DNA from: Chloroflexota bacterium
GTDB taxonomy: Bacteria; Chloroflexota; Dehalococcoidia; Dehalococcoidales; JACPPQ01
Direction of reading: 5' to 3'
DNA length: 64,000 nt
Assembly (NCBI GenBank): GCA_016190925.1
Contig: JACPPQ010000003.1
Coordinates: 1,531-65,530 of the forward strand
Below, piece by piece: positions 9,518-18,956 of this stretch (position 1 is the stretch's first letter; the number at the start of each line of letters is the position of its first letter). The position numbers were made by a program, and so were the translations under genes. The notes below the pieces were generated by a model, which was given only the letters and a program-made list of their open reading frames with translations, ran no database searches and was not told where the DNA came from.

Positions 9518-11404
9518 AATCCTCGTTTTCAAGTAAACGAAAACTGACCCGGAATCGTAGATGCGACTGAGTCCCTGCTTGGAGAGGTTTTCCTTAAGGT
9601 CATAGTCTATCCGAACAAAGCCAAGACTGCCATACCATAAATTCCTGCTTGTATTATATTCCTGGACAACTATCGGGACATCTGTATCGAAATCACCCTT
9701 CACCAATCTTTCCTGAATCTCCTCATATTGAAGAGGTTGCTGCAATTCGGGTGGCTGATAGGGCGGTCGAAGCAAGCCTAAATAATAGGAAGAGACTATC
9801 ATGCGGCTGTGGATTATCTCTGTGAGCGTGCTTGCCGCGGCCATTTCCGATGAAGTGTTCGAATACCGTAACGTGGTCTTTTCCGAATATATCGGATTAT
9901 CATAATTCCCCGTTGCATTGGTAATCATGAAAAAAGTTAATATCGCAACCAGCATCCCGGGCATTATTCTTTGCCACAACCTGGCTTTGAACACCTTACT
10001 TATGAGGTCGAGTCCAGCCCCCATTGCCGGCGCAAGCAGAATAACCGATGGCCCCAGCCACCGGTCAGATAGCAGCCATTTTGAACCGGAATAAGCGTAA
10101 AGCCCCAGCACCGCAAAAGCAAAACCTGTCACCAAGAGGTAAAACACGTGGCTGTTTCTGTACCGCTTTGATAGACAAACAAGGACACCCAGTATGGAAA
10201 TCCCGTAAAAGATAAGAAGCCCCATGTCATTGAGCAGGACTTCCCCCTGCGGAACTCCGGCGGTCTGCGCGAATGGTTTAATATACATCTCCTGTAGGCC
10301 AAAGGCCCATTCTATACGTAGAGCGATGCTGGTAATTGCGCCGGTGACATACATCCAATGTGAGAACATACCTACGAAGGACAGGACCCATAAATTCGCG
10401 CTGGCCCACGTGCTCCCTTCACGGTATAGCCACCTGTAAAGCTGGATAGTGACCCAGATAATAAACAGGATGAAGGTTGATTGAAATGCCGATAGCGTGT
10501 TGCTCAACGTCGCCAGCGCTATGAAGGAGATACAAATAAAAACTGTTTTTACGGCAGGTTCCATGAATAAGACACAATAGATTATAATCACGAGGAATAC
10601 CACGCCCAATGTATGGGGCACCTGGTCCAAAACACCACGGTAAACATACCAGTTGGCAGTAGCAAGCGCCAGGCAGGCAAGCAGCCCGAGACGGGTATTG
10701 AAAAGTCGCTTGACCATCAGGAAAACCAGTGGCAGGACAGCGATGTAAAAGGTCCCGACGGAAAGCAACGACGCAAACTTATAGTCCAACCCGGTCACCA
10801 GAGATGTTCCGCCCACAATCATGTGAAAGACCGGTATCTTCCCGTAAGCCCATTCAGGAGTGTGGCCGGTGGCAAGCGTCCATTGCGTATAATATCTGTG
10901 GTCCCACACGTCAGAACCGGAGAGGCTATCATAAAATATGATTTGGGGCAGGACTTGCAAACTTACGGTGATGAGAACTATCCGCATCAGGGTATGTATA
11001 GCATATCTCCCTCTTTGAGGCAGAGACATTATCTCCGTAGCCAATACACTGGTCAAAGCCACCGTGATGAAGAAATATGCTGTTGGCCTGACATAGAGTT
11101 CCGGCCTGAACTTGATAACCATCAGGCTCGCGGCGAACAAAGCGAAAAATACTGCATTAAATGCCAGATACCCAAGCGGACCAGCAGATGTCTGAGAACC
11201 GGCAGCAACAGACAGAGTTCTTTTGCGCACCAGCAAATATACCAGGCAAGCTACTAACAGAGTAAGCGCGACCGGTCCGAATCTTGTCCCTGTGAGCTTG
11301 AAGAAAAGAGCCCCTGCGGATATCGCTGCCAGGATTGCCAGCCCGACGTCCGCGTCTTGAATGAGCCTGGTTACGCACGCAGAAATTTTATTCTTCACCA
11401 TCAA
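9512..11404 (-). CDS. Polytopic membrane protein, candidate glycan polymerase or GT-C-type transferase
   Basis: By eye, about 14 hydrophobic helices followed by a ~130-aa soluble C-terminal domain. Acidic loop SGSDVWDH after the early helices. I cannot name a family; the role is inferred from context beside glycosyltransferases and Wzx. Confidence 0.4.
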   Translation of the reverse strand: MMVKNKISACVTRLIQDADVGLAILAAISAGALFFKLTGTRFGPVALTLLVACLVYLLVRKRTLSVAAGSQTSAGPLGYLAFNAVFFALFAASLMVIKFRPELYVRPTAYFFITVALTSVLATEIMSLPQRGRYAIHTLMRIVLITVSLQVLPQIIFYDSLSGSDVWDHRYYTQWTLATGHTPEWAYGKIPVFHMIVGGTSLVTGLDYKFASLLSVGTFYIAVLPLVFLMVKRLFNTRLGLLACLALATANWYVYRGVLDQVPHTLGVVFLVIIIYCVLFMEPAVKTVFICISFIALATLSNTLSAFQSTFILFIIWVTIQLYRWLYREGSTWASANLWVLSFVGMFSHWMYVTGAITSIALRIEWAFGLQEMYIKPFAQTAGVPQGEVLLNDMGLLIFYGISILGVLVCLSKRYRNSHVFYLLVTGFAFAVLGLYAYSGSKWLLSDRWLGPSVILLAPAMGAGLDLISKVFKARLWQRIMPGMLVAILTFFMITNATGNYDNPIYSEKTTLRYSNTSSEMAAASTLTEIIHSRMIVSSYYLGLLRPPYQPPELQQPLQYEEIQERLVKGDFDTDVPIVVQEYNTSRNLWYGSLGFVRIDYDLKENLSKQGLSRIYDSGSVFVYLKTRIS

Positions 11405-11407
11405 TTC

Positions 11408-12562
11408 CTAAGTCTTGTGAGGAGTCGAGAACAGTTTAATGTATTCCTGCACTATCCTGTCAACATCGGCTGTGTCCTCAACGTATTTGCGGGAATTTGC
11501 AGCCATTTCTTCTCTTAATTCATCATCCTCAAGAAGTTGCTTGACGTCCAGGACCATTTGCTCAAAAGTCCTGGAATGAAATCCCAGGCGGTTCCGGCAT
11601 ATGACCTCATCCGGGTCTGCATTAAGGCTCACTACTGGTGTATAGCTTGCCCACGCTTCCAGAAAAGTGACGGGGAATCCCTCAAAACGAGAAGTATTCA
11701 CCAGTACGGAAGCCTCTCCGAAGTAGCGGGAGATTTCCTGGTGCGGGACAAAACCGACAAACTCGAGGTTTGGTATCGAACGGGCGGATTTTTCGATGTT
11801 ATTGTAAAATTCAATGTCCTGCTCGGCTCCGCCTATCATCTGGAACCTGGCATCCGGGAGGCTGGCGGCGAGCTTTAAAAACAATTCCGGCTGCTTTACC
11901 CAGTAGATTGTGGCAACCCACAGCACGATTGGAGGCTTAGTCTTTGCGGGTTTGAACGCGGGCAATTCGCAACAACTTGGCATTATAATACTTTTTCGAT
12001 GGAAATCGCTTGCGAGAAGATTCTGTTGATGTACGTTTTGAGCTATTACACAGTCCGCCTTCTTCACCGCGAATCTGAAAAGCCAGACCTTATAGAACGC
12101 CGGTTTTCTTAGTCGCGTGTCAACGTTGCCATCACTGGACGTGGCCAGGACCAGCCTCCTTCTTTTCAGCCAACAGTAGGTCGCAAGAAGTGCGGATATC
12201 TCTCCGGCAAATCCTCTATGATAATAAATATCTGAATCTGCTTTATCCAGTGCTCGCCACACAGATGCGAGAGCAGAAAAACCGGTACGTATTTTTTGCA
12301 TCCAGGACAATCCCTTCCAACGTGCGGTCATACTTGTCTTCAAGATACGGATGCCTTCTCTTACCTCAAGAGTGTCCTGCTCATAGTCTCCTACTACAAA
12401 AGAGACCCTTGCTCCCTTTTTGGCTAGTCCCCTGGCGAGCAGTACCTGGACTGCTTCTGCACCTCCACGTGGTTTTAAGAATGAAGCTGCTTCAGTAATT
12501 TCCGCAGTAAGCAGAGGATATGCAGTGAAACACACGAAGCAAAACCTCAGTTTATTTTTCAT
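11408..12562 (-). CDS. Glycosyltransferase, GT4-like
   Basis: FVGFVPH and SRFEGFPVTFLEAWASYTPVV (E-x7-E region). GT-B size. Confidence 0.75.
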   Translation of the reverse strand: MKNKLRFCFVCFTAYPLLTAEITEAASFLKPRGGAEAVQVLLARGLAKKGARVSFVVGDYEQDTLEVREGIRILKTSMTARWKGLSWMQKIRTGFSALASVWRALDKADSDIYYHRGFAGEISALLATYCWLKRRRLVLATSSDGNVDTRLRKPAFYKVWLFRFAVKKADCVIAQNVHQQNLLASDFHRKSIIMPSCCELPAFKPAKTKPPIVLWVATIYWVKQPELFLKLAASLPDARFQMIGGAEQDIEFYNNIEKSARSIPNLEFVGFVPHQEISRYFGEASVLVNTSRFEGFPVTFLEAWASYTPVVSLNADPDEVICRNRLGFHSRTFEQMVLDVKQLLEDDELREEMAANSRKYVEDTADVDRIVQEYIKLFSTPHKT

Positions 12563-14418
12563 TCAGTAGTCAACCCTTCGTCTTCCTTGAAATGCACTTC
12601 ATGCCACAGTTCCAGAACAAACAGCGTCCAGATTGTGCGTGCGCGGTGTGTGGGGTTCCTGTCAAAGTTTCTCAGGAGTGACTCCATCCTGTCCTTTTTC
12701 ACGAACTCCCTGAGTAACTCCCCCTTTTCAAGCTTTCGATACACCGAGTCTTTCATGATGCCACTAACCCAGGTGTTCACTGGTGTACCGAAACCCTGCT
12801 TTTTCCGGTTCACAATCTTTGGCGGAAGCAAGTCCTCTACAGCCTTCCTCAGGATGAATTTCTCCTGTCCTCTATTGATTTTAAGACTTGGCGGTATAGA
12901 AAAAGCAAATTGTATGATATCCTTGTCCAGGAGAGGTAATCTCTCTTCTATTGAGTTTGCCATGGTGCCTTTATCCGCTTTCATCAGAAACTTCTCCGGT
13001 AGAAGGTTCTTGCAATCAAGCGCCAGCATTCTATCCAGAGTGTTATCCATTTTGTCGGGGTAGATAATCAGGCTTTGAACATCACTGGTGCCATTGAATC
13101 CAGTTAAATATTTCATTTCAGCGTCATTCAACTGCCTTCTGGTATACAGGTGAGCTTCCTCAAAGGAATTCTGACAGAAAAACCCGCTTATGCGACTGAT
13201 TCGATTCCCCATCCTGTAGATATTCCCGGTTCCAGGAATCCGGGCAGCTAGCGCACAGGCTGTGTTCTTGGTAAATGAGGGCAGAGAGTAAACTTTCGAT
13301 AATCTCAGGCTCCTGGCGTATTCAGGGTAACCGCCGAAAAGCTCGTCACCACCTTCGCCGGCGAGAACCACCTTGACATATTTCTGGGCCTCTTTAGACA
13401 AATAGTAGTTGTTTATTATTGCCGCGTCCCCCAGAGGTTCATCGTAATGCCATGCAATCCGGGGAAGGTCTTTAGCTACCATCTCAGCGGAAATTGTGAG
13501 TTCATGGTGCACCGTATCAAGGTGCTTGCTGACCATTGAGGCATATTCCGATTCCGACGCCGTCTCAAAATCGACGAAAAAGGTGTGGAACTCTTCCTTT
13601 GCATGAGGCCGGGCTAAGGCAGACACAGCAGCAGAGTCTATGCCGCCCGAGAGAAAAGCTCCAACGGGAACGTCGGCAATCATCCTCAATCTGGTGGACT
13701 CCTCAAGAAGCGCTCGCAGTTTCTTGATAAAGTAGTCGTCGCCGGCCTGTACCCGGTTTGTTTTAATATCCCAGTATTTCTGCATTTGCAGTGTCCCTTG
13801 CTCGAAAATCAGCATGTTTCCTGCGGGCACTCTTTTTATGCCTTTAAACAGGGTTCTTTCCCCCAGAGTATGCTGGTAAGCCAGGTAAGCCTTGAGGCCA
13901 ACTTCATCAACTCCCTTTATTACCCCTGCCTCTAAAATAGCCTTTATCTCTGAAGCAAAAAACAGAAGATTTCCATCATGGGTGTAGTAGAGTGGTTTCT
14001 TTCCTATCGGGTCTCTGGCCAGAATGAGCCTTTTTCTTTTGCCATCGTAGAGGGCGAAGGCAAACATGCCGCTCAGTTTATTGATAAAGTCGAGGCCGTG
14101 TTCCTCGTAGGCATGTATAATTGTTTCGCTGTCAGATTTGGAGTAAAAACGGTGCCCTCTTTGTTCGAGTGCATCTCTCAACGTTATAAAATTATAGATT
14201 TCACCATTTGCCGCAAGCCAGACGTCGCCGTTTTCATTGGACATCGGCTGCCTACCTTTTTCTGAGAGGTCTATAATACTCAACCTGGCATGACCCAGAG
14301 TAACATTGTTGTCGCTGTAGGTGCCGGCATCATCCGGTCCCCTGTGCCTGAGCGTTGAAAGCATCCTTTCGACCAGGGGTTTGTCTCCAATTCCGCAAAC
14401 TCCGCAAATTCCGCACAT
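12559..14418 (-). CDS. Asparagine synthase (glutamine-hydrolysing) family amidotransferase
   Basis: N-terminal MCGICG (Cys2 nucleophile of Ntn glutaminases) and PP-loop SGGIDSAAV. 619 aa. Within a glycan locus it is probably a sugar or uronate amidotransferase (inference). Confidence 0.85.
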   Translation of the reverse strand: MCGICGVCGIGDKPLVERMLSTLRHRGPDDAGTYSDNNVTLGHARLSIIDLSEKGRQPMSNENGDVWLAANGEIYNFITLRDALEQRGHRFYSKSDSETIIHAYEEHGLDFINKLSGMFAFALYDGKRKRLILARDPIGKKPLYYTHDGNLLFFASEIKAILEAGVIKGVDEVGLKAYLAYQHTLGERTLFKGIKRVPAGNMLIFEQGTLQMQKYWDIKTNRVQAGDDYFIKKLRALLEESTRLRMIADVPVGAFLSGGIDSAAVSALARPHAKEEFHTFFVDFETASESEYASMVSKHLDTVHHELTISAEMVAKDLPRIAWHYDEPLGDAAIINNYYLSKEAQKYVKVVLAGEGGDELFGGYPEYARSLRLSKVYSLPSFTKNTACALAARIPGTGNIYRMGNRISRISGFFCQNSFEEAHLYTRRQLNDAEMKYLTGFNGTSDVQSLIIYPDKMDNTLDRMLALDCKNLLPEKFLMKADKGTMANSIEERLPLLDKDIIQFAFSIPPSLKINRGQEKFILRKAVEDLLPPKIVNRKKQGFGTPVNTWVSGIMKDSVYRKLEKGELLREFVKKDRMESLLRNFDRNPTHRARTIWTLFVLELWHEVHFKEDEGLTTE

Positions 14419-14422
14419 ACCC

Positions 14423-15169
14423 TTACCCTGCGGTCTTCCTCACCACAATTAGCATCATGTTGCTAAAAGGGTTGCATCCGAGCGGTCTGAAAAATCCTTC
14501 GATAAGCGAGTATATCCGCTTTCCAGACCACCTGTCCAGGCTATTGGGAAGCCATATCAAACCATCGTCCATCCTGCACTCGACCATCTCCAATCCATTC
14601 CTCTGAAATAGGTTAGCCAGCTCTTTTCTTGATGCTTCCCTGACACTGTTTTTCTTCCGTAGCGCTTTCGCGCCAAGCTTTAAGGGCATACGGCATAAGC
14701 TATATTTGTTGGGGGTAAGGATGAGGCATATCCCGTCCTTCTTCAGTACCCGGTATATTTCTCCGGCTACTATTTCTCGGTCGACATATTCGAACAGGTT
14801 GCAGGTGACGGTATCAATCGAGTTATTTTTGATAGGGAGCGTATGGGCATCTCCGCGCAGCAGATTCAAGCTCCGGTTCCGGTTCTTGCCGTGCATCAGG
14901 AAGGGAAGTGAGATGTCCAACCCCACGACTACGGCGTGTTCTTCCAGCATCGGCATAAAATATGCGCCGGTGCCGCAGCCAATATCCAGGGCAACGTTTT
15001 TGCTGTGGCAATACTTCGCAATTGCTTTCCTGACCAGTGGCCTCCAGTGGGTATCAAGATAGCCCTCCCGTGGCACTGATTCAAAACGTTTGTCGTATAG
15101 TTCTGGGTCTACCTGGTTGCACTTCATGACACACCTAACGTCTGCCTTTCCGCAGAGCCTTCGTTCCAC
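14423..15169 (-). CDS. Class I SAM-dependent methyltransferase
   Basis: Motif I VALDIGCGTGAY. An alternative start at 15127 (MKCNQ) would remove the 35-nt overlap with the upstream gene. Confidence 0.75.
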   Translation of the reverse strand: MERRLCGKADVRCVMKCNQVDPELYDKRFESVPREGYLDTHWRPLVRKAIAKYCHSKNVALDIGCGTGAYFMPMLEEHAVVVGLDISLPFLMHGKNRNRSLNLLRGDAHTLPIKNNSIDTVTCNLFEYVDREIVAGEIYRVLKKDGICLILTPNKYSLCRMPLKLGAKALRKKNSVREASRKELANLFQRNGLEMVECRMDDGLIWLPNSLDRWSGKRIYSLIEGFFRPLGCNPFSNMMLIVVRKTAG

Positions 15170-16127
15170 ATGCCCGGGCGCATGTCATCATCATGTTTCT
15201 ATTGACTCCCAAGAGGTAAGGGCTGATTCTGTTTCCTGGTACAGTCCTGTCATATTCCTTTATCTCAGAGGCAAACTTGAACGCAACATCATGTTTTGAT
15301 ATGAATCTCAACAACTCATCGAGGACTGCCACAAAATAGGGGTCTGTCATTGAAGGAGAGTGAAGACAGACATGAAATAACGGCAATCCAAGCTTGTGAT
15401 ATTCCCGGAAACATGCTTTTATCCAGGACAAGCCCCATACAGTCGCCACCTCCGGGCTGGCCGCACCGCCGAGCCACATTCGGGAGACGGGAACAAACAG
15501 CAGTGGCAAATTGCCTCTAGCCTGGTAGTTTTGCTTTCCCGGGTGGTAAGGCATGCATATTCTGGGTAGCTTGGACCAGTCGAAATGGGTTGCTTTGCTA
15601 TGGGGTACTGCTGAGCAATCATGGGTAAACCCTGTTTCTATTAGCGCCGCCATCGTGTCGTTGTTGACGGACCATCTGCCGGCAACGAATACTCTGGTTC
15701 TGGTCCCGAACTTAGCTTCAAGCAGCTGCTTCCCTGCTTTTATCATTTCCAATTGTTCTTCGTAGGGGTAGTCCTTCAGGACTGTTGAGTTCACAGACTG
15801 CTTGACAGCCTTTTTTATGTAGGAATCACCCACATGCCATCGAAATCCCTTATGCTTCCATTCTACCCAGCCTGGATGCAGGTGTAATCCAACCTCGTGG
15901 CCTGTGTCCGTTGGGAAAAAGCCTACCACTTCGGGGCATACGGCAAATGTGACCCTGGCGCCATAGGTAGCGGCTACCCTGGCCAGATTTCTCACGCCGA
16001 TTTCCACCCCTGAGGTCGAGCCTTTATCGAAAATCACCTCCCTCCGGTGAACAAACCCAAACTCAGTATGACATACTATGATTATATCCATCGGAGGTCG
16101 TTTAAGTGTACCTACCATGGAAATCAT
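15135..16127 (-). CDS. Hypothetical protein, possibly a divergent polysaccharide-deacetylase-like enzyme
   Basis: MDIIIVCHTEFGF and GLHLHPGW resemble CE4-type Asp/His metal motifs. The layout resembles ORF 26847-27854. Not firmly recognised. Confidence 0.35.
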   Translation of the reverse strand: MISMVGTLKRPPMDIIIVCHTEFGFVHRREVIFDKGSTSGVEIGVRNLARVAATYGARVTFAVCPEVVGFFPTDTGHEVGLHLHPGWVEWKHKGFRWHVGDSYIKKAVKQSVNSTVLKDYPYEEQLEMIKAGKQLLEAKFGTRTRVFVAGRWSVNNDTMAALIETGFTHDCSAVPHSKATHFDWSKLPRICMPYHPGKQNYQARGNLPLLFVPVSRMWLGGAASPEVATVWGLSWIKACFREYHKLGLPLFHVCLHSPSMTDPYFVAVLDELLRFISKHDVAFKFASEIKEYDRTVPGNRISPYLLGVNRNMMMTCARACGTKALRKGRR

Positions 16128-17383
16128 TCTCTGTGCTTCTCAAAGGGGATAAAACGCTTAATATCTTTCCCCTCCAGGATATGTTCAAATAACCTGATAA
16201 ACTCATCGGTTAACCCGTTCCCATAGTATTTCTCCATCCAATTCCGGGCTTCCTTCCCAATGTTGAGATATTTATTTTTATTTGAGGAGAAATCTCGCAA
16301 CACAGAATATATTTCCTCTGCGGTCCTGACATTCAGGCAGGGAGGAAACGGCCTTTTTGCTGCTTTTTCATAATCTCCTGCAATATATACCATCACCGGC
16401 TTCTCACAGGCAAAGGCCTCAAGCGCAATAAGGCCGTACATTCCCACTTTATACTGGTCACCCACAATATCAGCTAAGCAATAATAGTACCTCAGCATCT
16501 CCCTGCTGATGTGGGGTGCCCAAAATATGTTCTTCTCAATGCCAAGGTTTCTTATCAACTCCTTTGACGCTGCCAGGCTTTCGCCGGTTTCAATCAATAC
16601 AAGCAGGGGATTTGATTTTCCCTCTAAAACAAGCCTGGCAAATGCTTCGATTAGCAGGTCGTTTCGCTTGTCATCCGCGTGGTCGCCAATAGTTTCACCC
16701 CAGCAGTGCCTTGTCGGAGAAAAAACCACCATGTCATATTCTTTGCGCCTGGAAAGCAGTGCAAGAAGATTTTTATCCCTGACACCGGAAAGCTCTTTCT
16801 CGATGATGCTGTTGTTGAACTTCTCGAGGTCCAGTGGCTTATGCATAGGCAGGCACTTGTGCTGTAGATTCATCTTTTTGATAGCCGCGCCATACGAAGC
16901 AGATGGAATTATGCTGATGGCATCTGCTTTATGGATGCCTCTCTTCTGAAATCCGGAAATAACCATAGCAGCTGGCAGAAGAGGCAGGCTTCTCAGCCCT
17001 CTCTTGATTATCTGTCTGTACCAGTGTTTGGGGAAGGCGGCTGCATAGATGTCACTACCGTAAGGGAGGATAACTGAACGTTTGAGGTTCAGCCTGGAAA
17101 GAAAAGCTGGCCCGAAGTTGCACGAGACATAGATATCAGCTTCGCCGGTGTCTGCCTTCAATTTGCTATTCGTCACACGGAAGAAGGATAAAGGGTAGCC
17201 CCAATCGACTTTTTTAATCCATTCCGGATAACCGTTTTTCAGAAAGCTGTCTTCTCGTTCAGGCAAGGATTCATCGGGTTCGCCACCAAGCAAGATAAGG
17301 TGTGCATCTATTCCTTTCCTACGCAATAGCTTGGTGAGCACATAGCTGCTGTTATGCTCATTTCCCACGAAGCAAACTTTCAA
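16124..17383 (-). CDS. Glycosyltransferase, divergent GT-B
   Basis: MKVCFVGNEH N-terminus and C-terminal GMYGLIALEAFACEKPVMVY. ATGA-type coupling to neighbours. Confidence 0.55.
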   Translation of the reverse strand: MKVCFVGNEHNSSYVLTKLLRRKGIDAHLILLGGEPDESLPEREDSFLKNGYPEWIKKVDWGYPLSFFRVTNSKLKADTGEADIYVSCNFGPAFLSRLNLKRSVILPYGSDIYAAAFPKHWYRQIIKRGLRSLPLLPAAMVISGFQKRGIHKADAISIIPSASYGAAIKKMNLQHKCLPMHKPLDLEKFNNSIIEKELSGVRDKNLLALLSRRKEYDMVVFSPTRHCWGETIGDHADDKRNDLLIEAFARLVLEGKSNPLLVLIETGESLAASKELIRNLGIEKNIFWAPHISREMLRYYYCLADIVGDQYKVGMYGLIALEAFACEKPVMVYIAGDYEKAAKRPFPPCLNVRTAEEIYSVLRDFSSNKNKYLNIGKEARNWMEKYYGNGLTDEFIRLFEHILEGKDIKRFIPFEKHRE

Positions 17384-18921
17384 GGCTTGGACACCTTCTG
17401 TGGTTGATTCCTCCGGGATAGCTTGTCACCGGTCAATCTCAGGTTAATATAGTCGAGAAGCTTACGAGTTAGCTCGCGGGTTTTCTGTTTTTCTTCAGGC
17501 AGGTAAAATCGACTTAAATACAGAAGAAAGGGATAGGCAAGGATTACAGCCAGTTTGAACCCCGCTGACGCATATAGGTTATCAATCCGCACCAGGTATC
17601 CGGCCGCAAAGATGAGCGCCGTGACCAGGCCTATCTTCGCAATCCTGGCCCATTCGTAGTCTACTTTGATTAGCCTGCGATTGAATAAGTACACTATCAC
17701 CATCATAGCGATGTATGATATCAGAGTTGCATAGGCTGCGCCGAGCATCCCGTAACGGGGTATGAGTAGAAAGTTGAACCCGAGGTTTACCAGGCCTCCC
17801 GCTACAAAGTAGACCATCACCAGTTTGGTCTTCCTTTTTAGCCCGATGCCAACGTTCAGGATAATTTCAAAGCTGTAAAGAAGGAAGGACCCTACTATCA
17901 GAGGAACGATAATGTAAGAATCCCAGTATTGTTTAGTGGCCAGCACTCGAATGACCTCCTTTGAGAGCAGGCTTAGCCCCAAAAACAGGAAGCATCCAAT
18001 GAATAACACATATGTCAGCGCTCTACCGTAGAACTCCTTGGCGTTGCTATGGTCCTTGACGGAGAGAAACATGGGTGTCCAGATTTGCCTGAGTGGCATG
18101 ATGAATATGGCACTAAAGACAGAGCCAAACTGATATCCCAGTGTGAACAAGCCGACCGCTCCCAGGCTGGTGAAGGCGTTTAAAAAATACCTTGCCGAGA
18201 AATTCATAACAAAACCACCCAGGTTGGTGGGGACCAGCGGCACCCCGAAACTCAGCATTTTCCTGGCTTCCTGCATGGAGAACTTCAGGCTGATGTCTCC
18301 TCTTATGTAGTAGTAAAGGCCGAAGAAGGAAAGCGCTCCTGTGATGAAATTTCCGTAAAGAGCGCCTAAGATTCCCCATTTGAGTACCGCAACCATGTAT
18401 ATTGTCAGGCCCAATCCAACTACAAAGAACACGAGATTAAGGATACTGAACAGTGTCGACTTCATTTTTGCTCTGAACAAGATGTAGGGTATTGAGGTCA
18501 GCAATCCAAAGATGGTAGAACCCATTATTATTAGCAGGTGAGGGCGGTATCCTTCATCCTGGAATAACATAATGGATAACTGCCTTGAGACCAATAGCCC
18601 TAGAAGGCCTAACAATATGCAGCTTGCAGCAGTCAGTATTACAGCGGTGGAAACAACCGTTTTCCTCTCATTCTCATTCTCATAATCATAATACGACCTT
18701 ATCAAGCCGGAGGTTATGCCAAGCCCGAAAATACCCAGGAATATGGAACCGGTGGTCATAACGAGTCCTAAAACTCCGTAATCTGCAGTGGTCAGTTCCC
18801 TGGTGTAGATAGGGACCAGTATGATAGACAAGGCATACTGGAACGATGTCCCCAACCCATAGATTATCCCGTGTTTGCCTGTTTCTTTGAACTTTTCAAA
18901 TAGCGATGTTTCTTGTGCCAT
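17380..18921 (-). CDS. wzx: Oligosaccharide flippase (Wzx/MOP superfamily)
   Basis: 513 aa with about 14 hydrophobic helices. N-terminus KHGIIYGLGTSFQYALSIILVPIYTRELTTADYGV is typical of polysaccharide biosynthesis (Wzx) proteins. Confidence 0.75.
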   Translation of the reverse strand: MAQETSLFEKFKETGKHGIIYGLGTSFQYALSIILVPIYTRELTTADYGVLGLVMTTGSIFLGIFGLGITSGLIRSYYDYENENERKTVVSTAVILTAASCILLGLLGLLVSRQLSIMLFQDEGYRPHLLIIMGSTIFGLLTSIPYILFRAKMKSTLFSILNLVFFVVGLGLTIYMVAVLKWGILGALYGNFITGALSFFGLYYYIRGDISLKFSMQEARKMLSFGVPLVPTNLGGFVMNFSARYFLNAFTSLGAVGLFTLGYQFGSVFSAIFIMPLRQIWTPMFLSVKDHSNAKEFYGRALTYVLFIGCFLFLGLSLLSKEVIRVLATKQYWDSYIIVPLIVGSFLLYSFEIILNVGIGLKRKTKLVMVYFVAGGLVNLGFNFLLIPRYGMLGAAYATLISYIAMMVIVYLFNRRLIKVDYEWARIAKIGLVTALIFAAGYLVRIDNLYASAGFKLAVILAYPFLLYLSRFYLPEEKQKTRELTRKLLDYINLRLTGDKLSRRNQPQKVSKP

Positions 18922-18956
18922 TTCTATTCAACACTACACCTTTAGTCTATGCGATG

